A stretch of 64,000 nucleotides of DNA, taken from NCBI GenBank assembly GCA_040217195.1, contig JAVJNR010000005.1, positions 224,001 through 288,000 on the forward strand. Direction: 5' to 3'. The stretch is from Leptospiraceae bacterium. GTDB lineage: Bacteria > Spirochaetota > Leptospiria > Leptospirales > Leptonemataceae. Both the position numbers and the translations under genes were made by a program. Below are positions 57,001 through 64,000 of this stretch, piece by piece. The notes beneath the pieces were generated by a model. The model was given only the letters and a program-made list of their open reading frames with translations. It had not been told where the DNA came from and did no database searches. The stretch's first letter is position 1; every line of letters starts with the position of its first letter.

Positions 57001-57347
57001 AACTTTTCCAGTCCTACATCGGTTTCTATTTCCGACTTTGCCTTAATGCCCAGCTGCTTTTCTACTTCACGCTCTACCGGCAACCCATGACAGTCCCAGC
57101 CAGCCTTGCGAGGAATATGAAATCCCTGAAGTCCACGAAATCGAATGTAGATATCTTTATAAACTCGGCTCAGTACATGATGAATTCCAGGTTTGCCATT
57201 GGCCGTCGGAGGCCCTTCGTAGAAACAAAACAGCGGGCCGGATTCATTCTTCTTTTTATGCTTCTGATAGATCTGGTTTTCTTTCCAGTAATCCAGAATC
57301 CGCAGCTCCGCCTGGGAGCGTTTAGAGGCTTTGGGGCTTTCGGACAT
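54045..57347 (-). CDS. ileS: Isoleucine--tRNA ligase, type 2 (archaeal/eukaryote-like)
   Basis: YEGPPTANGKPGIHH, GWDCHGLP, WTTTPWTLP, DWALSRERYWGTP, KMSKS, type-2 C-terminus (VRQPL, EELNVK) with no C-terminal zinc finger. Confidence 0.97.
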   Translation of the reverse strand: MSESPKASKRSQAELRILDYWKENQIYQKHKKKNESGPLFCFYEGPPTANGKPGIHHVLSRVYKDIYIRFRGLQGFHIPRKAGWDCHGLPVEREVEKQLGIKAKSEIETDVGLEKFNALCRQSVQQYVGAWNDFSERLGFWIDLDDPYSTMDNQYIEAVWGLFKTISDKGLVYSGYRVVPFDPVMGATMSDAEVALGYKTVEDPSFTVRFTITDKKFKKDFGDASFLVWTTTPWTLPSNVALALHPESEYVLFELEVPAHGMAPQSSKKTGGEKKGKSRKKDTSSQAAEEKEELFKETFICARELMSDVLRNSADQAKVLKSFKGSELLGLDYEPLFTFALDSDKKSHYTVGADFVTMDTGTGIVHIAPAYGADDLEVGQKHDLPVISAVGLDGKFSRGPYADQMFKDADKEIIKDLKKDRKVWRSEKYQHEYPFGWRTGAPLMYYAKDAWYIRTTEVRQHLIDNNQTIRWVPEHVREGRFGKWLENNRDWALSRERYWGTPIPIWTDGEGEIVVVGSVAELEKISGQKLKNEDLHRPYIDEITWTDEKSGKVFRRVPEVMDCWFDSGAMPYAQWGYPVRGEEQFSRYFPADFITEAVDQTRGWFYTMLAISTMVSSQAPYKNVICLGHVLDAKGEKMSKSKGNTVSPEDVFNIHSADAIRWYFLTGAPPGNSRRVGHPGTNEDTVGQVNGFFNMLENSLEFYRMYAKVDGIAPSLRKDGTVEVSGAPAFKDRPEIDRWILSSYQRLVQDVTQSLENYDCLKAGRSIEEFCDSLSNWYIRRNRRRFWKGELDSDKFSAFETLLQCILGMLQMLGAFVPFLSEELYLRVFAAVPGAPESIHLLPWPQADLKNTYDESVLQEGNLVLQAAALGRSARQQSGLKVRQPLGKLMLHCPEKWRAPLKKNEEVLLEELNVKELEFLDDSAGILSYRVRPNLPVLGKKLGPDIKKLQSYLQSCDQESLARNLKKGSVTIDLGDRKEDFTEDEFLIESVSKEGTSGVEGDGMLVALDTNPGPELIREGWIRDLVRNVQELRKQSQLELTDRISLHLDSQDSDLIRAIQEHSDYIQSEALATIVDSLNGTNSLELDLDGHAIKVTLEKV

Positions 57348-57377
57348 AAGCCAGAAATTTAGGGGGTGGCTGTGCTT

Positions 57378-58787
57378 TCAACGGAAGATTGTCCGGCCCG
57401 ATGTCCTGGAGCGTTCTGCCAGAAGGGCCATCCGGTGACCTTCTATTACTTGATGCAGTACAGAATCGGATTGTTGCAAACAGTCCTGTCTGGTCCCAGC
57501 ATCGGTCCGATCTGATCCAATGCAGTCCAGGACCTCCAGAAAATGAAAACAAAGGGCCCGGTCTTCTGCCAGATGGCCGGCCTGATCCACTTTCACAGAT
57601 ATTCTTTTACTTACATGGCTTCCATGCTTTCGCAGAACCAGGTCACCGCCCTGTCCGAATCGGCCTTCCAGGGTTCCTGCGGTACCTTCTATCCGAACAG
57701 TACGGGCCTCCTGGTAAGCGTTGCCATTTAATCGCATGATCGCGGTCACTCCATTCTTAAATGCAATTACCGTATCTGCGTGGTCAGGCTGATCTGAGTG
57801 AGCGGTATATACGCAGCGACCATAAGGACCATTTCGCAGGGCATCCAGCACCGACTCTGTGGTTACGGGACCCGACACAATGGTTGTGGTGGGCCAGTAA
57901 GGCCAGGGGTACAGTCTACCCAGAAATGGAATTCTGCGAAATAGTCGAGGCCAGGCCAGAGAGAAGCGGGCCACAATTGCCAGACCATTTCGCATGCGGG
58001 CCATTTCTCGTTTCAGTGGCAGTCCTTCCAGGTATGTGGTGCGAGCATGGTACAGACAGGAATCATGAGGGCAACCATCCAGACATCGCTGAGTAGCTCC
58101 TGCAGGCGCATTTTCGGGAAGAAAGGTGCGAAGCTCCCCGCTGCAGTGAACAGAAGTAAACTCACTGCTTGCGTACCAACCGATTAGATCAAAATCATGA
58201 CTACATTTTGCCAGAAGTACCGGGCTGCTCTTTTTGCTATGGGCCCAGTTACCTCGAACATAGGAGTGGGCAAAATGGAAATAACTGACATTTTCTGCAT
58301 GGAGGATGCTGCGAACCTCTCCAATGGTCCCCTCCTGAATCAGTCTTCGAATGGTGCCAAAAAATTGACTATATCGCAATACATGGCAGACTACTATAGC
58401 CGCTTCAATTTTCTTCTTGCGCAAATGATTTACATGACGCTGCATTTTATCCAGCTCTGCGATGGTCAATCCCACAGGCTTTTCCAGGAGCACGGAAATT
58501 CCTTTGCGGGAGAATTCCAGGGCGGGCCCGAGATGCTCCCTATCCGGAAGGGCCACAACTACAGCATCCAGGCTCAGCTCCTCCGATTTTTTTAGAAGCT
58601 CTTTCCAGTTGCTAAACTGGATAGCATCGGGCACAGAATCACTCAGATGCCGGGCACGCACCGGATCCTGATCCACAACGGCAACTATCTGGCCTCCTGC
58701 TTCGGAAAGAAATCGGGCATAAATTGATCCGCGGTCCCCTGCACCCAGTAGACCAATTCGAGCTGATTGCGCTGCCTTATTATTCAT
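57378..58787 (-). CDS. Gfo/Idh/MocA family oxidoreductase
   Basis: GAGDRG, VLLEKP, VCHVLRY, HSYVRGNW, KCSHDFD, GPYGRCVY. Confidence 0.9.
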   Translation of the reverse strand: MNNKAAQSARIGLLGAGDRGSIYARFLSEAGGQIVAVVDQDPVRARHLSDSVPDAIQFSNWKELLKKSEELSLDAVVVALPDREHLGPALEFSRKGISVLLEKPVGLTIAELDKMQRHVNHLRKKKIEAAIVVCHVLRYSQFFGTIRRLIQEGTIGEVRSILHAENVSYFHFAHSYVRGNWAHSKKSSPVLLAKCSHDFDLIGWYASSEFTSVHCSGELRTFLPENAPAGATQRCLDGCPHDSCLYHARTTYLEGLPLKREMARMRNGLAIVARFSLAWPRLFRRIPFLGRLYPWPYWPTTTIVSGPVTTESVLDALRNGPYGRCVYTAHSDQPDHADTVIAFKNGVTAIMRLNGNAYQEARTVRIEGTAGTLEGRFGQGGDLVLRKHGSHVSKRISVKVDQAGHLAEDRALCFHFLEVLDCIGSDRTDAGTRQDCLQQSDSVLHQVIEGHRMALLAERSRTSGRTIFR

Positions 58788-59181
58788 TCAATATTCACCC
58801 TGGAGATCCTCTGAATCAAAAGGATTTCGCCGAGAATTCCTGACCACCTTTCAGAAAATCGCATTGCATATCAAAGATCGGTGCTGAAAAATGCAAGAGC
58901 ATTCAAGGTGGACTATCGCAGCTGTATTTTGTTCTCTTGAAAAGGTGGTATTTCAGCGCACTCCCCACCAGGGCAGCGGTCCATTGCATCGATGAGCAAA
59001 GACCTTTTTTATCCGCTCAATTCACAGGAAACCTTCAAAAATGGGCCAGAAAGGCAATTCTGGGCCCTCTTGACGGATCAATGGGCCGAGATCCACCGAA
59101 ACCTATTTGACCGCATGGTGCCACAGTAAAACAGTGATAGTAAATTCGTAAACTATTGCTTCAAAGAATTACAGGATTCCT

Positions 59182-61947
59182 ATGACCCAGCAGACAGCCA
59201 ATTCCGCGGAAACGCAAACAGATCCATTATATACCCGAGTCATTTCGCAGCTCAACGAAGAGAAACTGGCCAAAGACCTGACCCAGGTCCAATTGAGCCG
59301 AATCAAGCTACTGGAAGAGATCGCCACTGAACTCCCCTCTTCAAGCAGAGGGGCTGAAATACGAACTCTCCTGGAAGAGCACCTGAAAGAGAATGCTTTG
59401 TCGCTGGCTGCCCGCTACATTGTTGGAATCCAGGATTTAAACGAGGATCGAAAAACCGGAATTGAATACCTGGGCGATTTAATGCAGGAATTCCAGCGTG
59501 CCGCTCGATGGCCCATCGTTGACCATATCGCAGATCATGTACTTCATGTAGATGAAAACCACAGAACCGCACTGCGAGCCAAGGTGGAATCTACAGAGCG
59601 ACTTCGCGGAAAGAAGGAACTGAAGCCCTATCTGGAAAGACTTGCAACCATAGATAAGAATAACCCTGATATCGCGCGCAAATATGGAATGGCCATCCTG
59701 GAGGATGATCAGGAACGAGCGGTTGAGTATCTGAAAATGGCTGCCGAGTCCTATGTGCGTCAGAAGGACTACAACAGCCTGGAAGAAATCTGGCAAATTC
59801 TGGTGAGCAAAGCCTACCAGGATATTCCATTTTTCGAAAAGCTGGAAAGAATCCTTTCAGCCAACCGTGAAAAAACTCGGATTGCAGCCTACCTGGTAGG
59901 CCTGGTGGAACCTTTCCGTCAGGAAGAGGACTGGGACAACGTAATCCATATTTTAAAGAAGATACTACAATATGAGCCAAATTCTTCCAGGGCACGTTCC
60001 GATCTGGTCCGTGCCTATAGAAGCCGTTACGAAAACCACTCCCTGCTAAATGAATTTCTGAAGATGTCGGATCTCACCAATAACCGAAAGCCGGTGGCTT
60101 CGGCGGTGGCGAACTTCGAAAGAAACATCGTATTCGATACAGAAAACTATGTGTACCACCGGACTAGAGGTGTGGGCAAGATCACTGAAATCGATTCAGA
60201 AAACGTAATTATTGACTTTCGCGACAATCCAGGTCAGCGAATGAGTTTGCAGATGGCTATTTCCAGCCTCCTACCTCTGGAACCATCGCACATCTGGGTA
60301 CGCTACTACGAAAATCCAGAAGAAATGAAAATGATCTTTGAGGAAGATCCAATTCAGTTCTTTACCATTCTATTGAATTCCTATAATAAATCGATCACTC
60401 TATCTGAAATCAAATCAGAAATTGCAGGCAGATTCATTGAAGCCTCAGAGTGGTCCAAATGGTGGAGCCGCACGCGAACCAGACTGAAGAAAGATCCTAA
60501 CTTTGGATTCAATCCGAGAAAGAAGGATGAACTCCTATTGCGCGAAAAGGAAGTGACTCTGGCCGAAGAACAGGAAGAGAAATTTCTACATACTTCTGAC
60601 TGGAATCAGAAGCTGGAACTGGCCATGGATACCTTGAAAGATCCAGACACTCGCTCTGCAGCAGAAACCTGTAGCCATTTCTATCTGGAACAGGAAGCCA
60701 ATAAGGATCTGACCAAACGTCTACATTCCTATTTCTTTCTGGAAGCGGCCCGCGAAGCATTCCCGGACATGGAGCTTCCCAGGCAGATTAACAGAGACCT
60801 GGTCAAAGCAATCTTTGCTGAAGAAACGGAAAAGGCACTGGTAAAGCTTTCTGCTGATACACCTGTAACTGAATTCAAACGATCCATTGTGGACCTGGTA
60901 ATAGAAACCAGACCGGACGACTACCAGCAGATTCTTTCAAAGATTCTGTTCGAACTACCTATCAAGGTACATCGTTATATTATTGGTGAGCTAAATCGAC
61001 TGGCCCAGGTAGATACACTTAAAGATTTCGTAGAAAAGGTATTCCGTAAGTACCGTGAAAATCCGGAGATCTTTCTCTGGGTAGCTCGCTCCATTCTTTC
61101 CGGACAGTGGGTTTACCCCTGGATTCCTGCGAACAAAGAAGAAGTAATTCTGATGGTTTTCCGTCTATTGAAGCCCCTGGTTCGTATTGAAGCCAAAGGG
61201 ACGCGACTGAAGAACCAGGCCATTGAAACAATCTTTGGAACTACAAACATTACCGTGGACTCCATCAAAGCTGGCCACCTGCCCGAAATCGTTGAGCAGT
61301 CCGACAGCGGTGTTCTACGTAGAATGGCTGCTCTATTCCGAGAAGTTAGCTATGTTCCGGATGCACAGAAGGATAACTTTGAGCAGTATCTAGAGGAGCT
61401 TCGGCCTCGATACAAAGCCCAGTCTTCTGCAGAAGAGGAGTCCAGAGAAGAGGAGCAGCAGGATCTGCATCTCATTCCTGATGCAGATACGATTCTAGTC
61501 AGCCCCAAAGGCCTGGAAGATCGCAAAGCTTACCTGGATCAATTGATCAACGTAGAAATGCCGCAGAACTCCAAGGATATTGGTGAAGCTCAGGAAAAGG
61601 GAGACCTACGAGAGAACTCGGAATACAAGGCGGCCCTGGAACGCCAATCGCAGCTTCAGGCGGAAATCAAGAAAGTGGATCAGAGCCTGAAGAAAGCCCG
61701 TGTCATCGATCCAGGAAGCATCCGCGCAGATATAGTAACCATCGGTGCCAGAGTCACTGTAAAAAACAGCGAAGGCGAATCCACAGAGTATACAATTTTG
61801 AGTCCCTGGGAAGCAGACTCGGAAAAGAATGTAATCAGCTATATTTCGCCGCTGGGCAAAGTGCTCATTGGAAAGAAAGTGGGTGATAAAGCTCAGCTGG
61901 ACTCAGGGGCTGAATACGAAGTACAGAATATTGACCGGGGTATCTAG
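59182..61947 (+). CDS. greA: Transcription elongation factor GreA with long N-terminal extension
   Basis: C-terminal AQEKGDLRENSEYKAA...ISYISPLGKVLIGKKVGD; about 760-aa helical N-terminal region as in spirochaete/chlamydial GreA. Confidence 0.93.
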   Translation: MTQQTANSAETQTDPLYTRVISQLNEEKLAKDLTQVQLSRIKLLEEIATELPSSSRGAEIRTLLEEHLKENALSLAARYIVGIQDLNEDRKTGIEYLGDLMQEFQRAARWPIVDHIADHVLHVDENHRTALRAKVESTERLRGKKELKPYLERLATIDKNNPDIARKYGMAILEDDQERAVEYLKMAAESYVRQKDYNSLEEIWQILVSKAYQDIPFFEKLERILSANREKTRIAAYLVGLVEPFRQEEDWDNVIHILKKILQYEPNSSRARSDLVRAYRSRYENHSLLNEFLKMSDLTNNRKPVASAVANFERNIVFDTENYVYHRTRGVGKITEIDSENVIIDFRDNPGQRMSLQMAISSLLPLEPSHIWVRYYENPEEMKMIFEEDPIQFFTILLNSYNKSITLSEIKSEIAGRFIEASEWSKWWSRTRTRLKKDPNFGFNPRKKDELLLREKEVTLAEEQEEKFLHTSDWNQKLELAMDTLKDPDTRSAAETCSHFYLEQEANKDLTKRLHSYFFLEAAREAFPDMELPRQINRDLVKAIFAEETEKALVKLSADTPVTEFKRSIVDLVIETRPDDYQQILSKILFELPIKVHRYIIGELNRLAQVDTLKDFVEKVFRKYRENPEIFLWVARSILSGQWVYPWIPANKEEVILMVFRLLKPLVRIEAKGTRLKNQAIETIFGTTNITVDSIKAGHLPEIVEQSDSGVLRRMAALFREVSYVPDAQKDNFEQYLEELRPRYKAQSSAEEESREEEQQDLHLIPDADTILVSPKGLEDRKAYLDQLINVEMPQNSKDIGEAQEKGDLRENSEYKAALERQSQLQAEIKKVDQSLKKARVIDPGSIRADIVTIGARVTVKNSEGESTEYTILSPWEADSEKNVISYISPLGKVLIGKKVGDKAQLDSGAEYEVQNIDRGI

Positions 61948-61986
61948 TAAATCCCGAACGGGCCAACCGGCTCGATGAGAAATCTC

Positions 61987-62015
61987 AAAAGGGCCACCGA
62001 AAGGTGGCTTTTTTT
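61987..62015 (+). terminator. Intrinsic terminator after greA
   Basis: GCCACC-GAAA-GGTGGC followed by T7. Confidence 0.88.
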
Positions 62016-62208
62016 ATGTACGGCCCCAGACGGTTTTCTGACATTCCTGCCAACCCCAATCCCTCTGAAACAGATTTTCCAATTAACCCTGACGAAAGAC
62101 CTCGGATTACTGCAATGGACTGCATCAGGGATGCAGATGGAAATCTTGTTTCGCGGACGGCTCCAAAAATCATTGGAGGATCTGGAATATATCGTCCAAT
62201 CTGGCCAT

Positions 62209-62637
62209 ATGAAGAATCTACTAACCGTTGCTTTATCTGGCTTAATGTTTCTCGCGGCTGCCTGTAGCTCTCAGGATTTAATTGCAGATCCTTCCAGTCA
62301 AAGTCGCTACAGCTTTGATAGTGACTGGGAAAACATCAAGGAGGCCATACTGAGCAAAGATGTTCGGGGACTGTCTGCTTATGCCGCTTCGGATGCGATC
62401 GATTCAGAATTGATCATCAACTCATTCCATGCAGATCCGGAATTTCTGGAACAACTAAAAAAGGCCACCTATGAAGATCTTAAAGTAGATGATAGCGGCG
62501 AAGAGGTTTTACTGGTACTATCTGTAAACGTATCTGGTTCAGACGAAGATGGAAACGAATACGAAAGCGGTCTGTATCTCTATTTTTTTCAGGGAGAGCC
62601 CGGCCTGCAGCTGGTGAACTTTCTGGCCGCTGGCTAG
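62209..62637 (+). CDS. Small acidic lipoprotein
   Basis: MKNLLTVALSGLMFLAAAC lipobox; the upstream ORF extension crosses the greA terminator, so the start was moved. Confidence 0.75.
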   Translation: MKNLLTVALSGLMFLAAACSSQDLIADPSSQSRYSFDSDWENIKEAILSKDVRGLSAYAASDAIDSELIINSFHADPEFLEQLKKATYEDLKVDDSGEEVLLVLSVNVSGSDEDGNEYESGLYLYFFQGEPGLQLVNFLAAG

Positions 62638-62789
62638 ACCAGGATTTGACCCAGTTGGGCTGTGGTCGCAGAACCGGATTTTCCAGGATTTAAATTCAGG
62701 GCGCTTTCTGTGAGCCCGCACAGAGGCGCCATTGTTACCTGGGCGAAAATTGACTTTGACCTGATCTGATCTGATCTCTATCCTTCAAT

Positions 62790-62825
62790 CTGGAAGGCCC
62801 TGGTGCAGCAACCAGGGCCTTCCAG
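62790..62825. other. Perfect 15-bp inverted repeat
   Basis: CTGGAAGGCCCTGGT-GCAGCA-ACCAGGGCCTTCCAG. Confidence 0.85.
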
Positions 62826-62865
62826 TTCGCAAATCCAGAATTGAAAACTGTATATTCGAGACCCT

Positions 62866-63861
62866 ATGAAAACTTTAATACTTGGCTCCACCGGCATGAT
62901 AGGCGCAAACATAGTCCGCCAATCCGGAACAGAAGAGAAAATTCGATTGCTAGTTCGTAGTCCGCAAAAAGGCCAATCCGTACTCCGGGAACAGAGCCTG
63001 GATCCTAAAAATTTTGAAATACTGACCGGAGATATAACTGATTACCACTCTCTGTTAGCTGCAATGCAGGGTATGGAGCTTGTATACCATGCAGCCGGAC
63101 TTCCGGAGCAATGGTTTCCGGATCCGGGTATCTTTCAGAAGGTCAACCACCAGGGCACCGTTAATGTTATGAAAGCGGCAATGGAAGCCGGAGTTTCGCG
63201 GGTAGTCTATACAAGCACCATCGATGTATTCCAGGGTAAAATAGGACAGCTCTATGACGAAAGTATTCTGGATCCGGCTCCCAAAGGTACATTCTACGAA
63301 AGATCCAAACAGGATGCGGATAGGGCTGCCGTGGAAGCACTGAAAGATGGACTGGATGTTGTATTTACTCATCCGGCCGGTCTCTATGGACCAGGACCCT
63401 CCGGCTCTCCTGGTGCAAATAATTTCATTTCAGACTTAATCAACGGTAAAATACCTATGCTTCTGCCCGGCGGATTTCCTTTGGTCTACAGCGAAGACTG
63501 CGCCTCAGCGCATATCAAGGCGGCCAGGTCCGCGCCCACAGGGGCCAGGTATATTCTAAGCGATGATTACTATTCCCTGAAAGATCTGGCTATGATGGTA
63601 AAGGATCTGGTCCAATCGGTAAAGGTGCCCCGGGTAATGCCTCTTTGGTTTGCAAAACTGTTTTCCGCTTCCGGTGAACTAAAAGCGAAGATACTTAAGA
63701 GTGCACCCATGCTTCCTGCAGGTCAGCTTCATTTCCTGCTCTGGCAGGCCATACCGGATTCCAGCCGTGCCAGGCGAGAGTTGGACTGGAAGGTCACTGG
63801 CACAGCCAATGGTATTCAAAAGACCATTGATTTTCTGAAGAACCGGGGGATGATTCTATGA
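62866..63861 (+). CDS. NAD-dependent epimerase/dehydratase (dihydroflavonol reductase/HpnA-like)
   Basis: GSTGMIG, GDITD, VYHAAG, YTST, YERSK. Confidence 0.9.
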   Translation: MKTLILGSTGMIGANIVRQSGTEEKIRLLVRSPQKGQSVLREQSLDPKNFEILTGDITDYHSLLAAMQGMELVYHAAGLPEQWFPDPGIFQKVNHQGTVNVMKAAMEAGVSRVVYTSTIDVFQGKIGQLYDESILDPAPKGTFYERSKQDADRAAVEALKDGLDVVFTHPAGLYGPGPSGSPGANNFISDLINGKIPMLLPGGFPLVYSEDCASAHIKAARSAPTGARYILSDDYYSLKDLAMMVKDLVQSVKVPRVMPLWFAKLFSASGELKAKILKSAPMLPAGQLHFLLWQAIPDSSRARRELDWKVTGTANGIQKTIDFLKNRGMIL

Positions 63862-64000
63862 AAGCTTTTTTTTCAGCAATAATACTCGGTTTGGCCAGCA
63901 TCGTTTGCTCAACAGCCGATTCTGAGCTACTCACCGTTGATGGAAAAGAAGCCTTTCGTTTTTCCGTGGATGAGGTGGAAATGGCCACGGAGCCGTTGCA
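63858..64000 (+). CDS. Exported protein, 3'-truncated by the window edge
   Basis: ATGA overlap with the upstream stop; MKAFFSAIILGLASIVCS signal-like N-terminus; open to the window end. Confidence 0.65.
   Translation, partial: MKAFFSAIILGLASIVCSTADSELLTVDGKEAFRFSVDEVEMATEPL

Noticed and set aside
56490..57362. 290-aa + strand ORF and similar long antisense ORFs (e.g. 2000-2695, 33762-34319, 45052-45588)
   Set aside because: They are shadow frames opposite well-supported genes, with no domain signal.

Overview
A gene-dense, roughly 50% GC bacterial chromosome segment. It is most consistent with a Leptospiraceae spirochaete, based on a LipL31-like lipoprotein next to mfd, a P83/100-family protein, a DUF1554/Len-like lipoprotein and a very long GreA. 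Recognisable core genes are mfd, hisF, hisE, coaE, ppk1, ileS (type 2), greA, a NifS/IscS-type desulfurase and the ergothioneine genes egtB and egtD. They sit among many envelope and lipoprotein genes. I see no rRNA, tRNA, CRISPR array, transposase, prophage or reverse transcriptase. The most notable items are: (1) a tightly coupled uncharacterised envelope operon (36971-44385) encoding a lamin-tail-like repeat lipoprotein, a probable beta-barrel, a two-HKD PLD lipoprotein and a degenerate 5'-nucleotidase-like protein, running into coaE and ppk1; (2) an orphan + strand sRNA candidate with its own -10 box and terminator upstream of hisF; (3) a non-coding 55-bp tandem array next to the DUF1554 gene; (4) a catalytically degenerate FimB-sized tyrosine recombinase in front of mfd; (5) an IleRS2 with GIHH in place of HIGH, translationally coupled to egtB-egtD; (6) a TPR plus LolB/DUF4292-like gene pair. 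All family calls come from motif recognition by eye; no database search was run.
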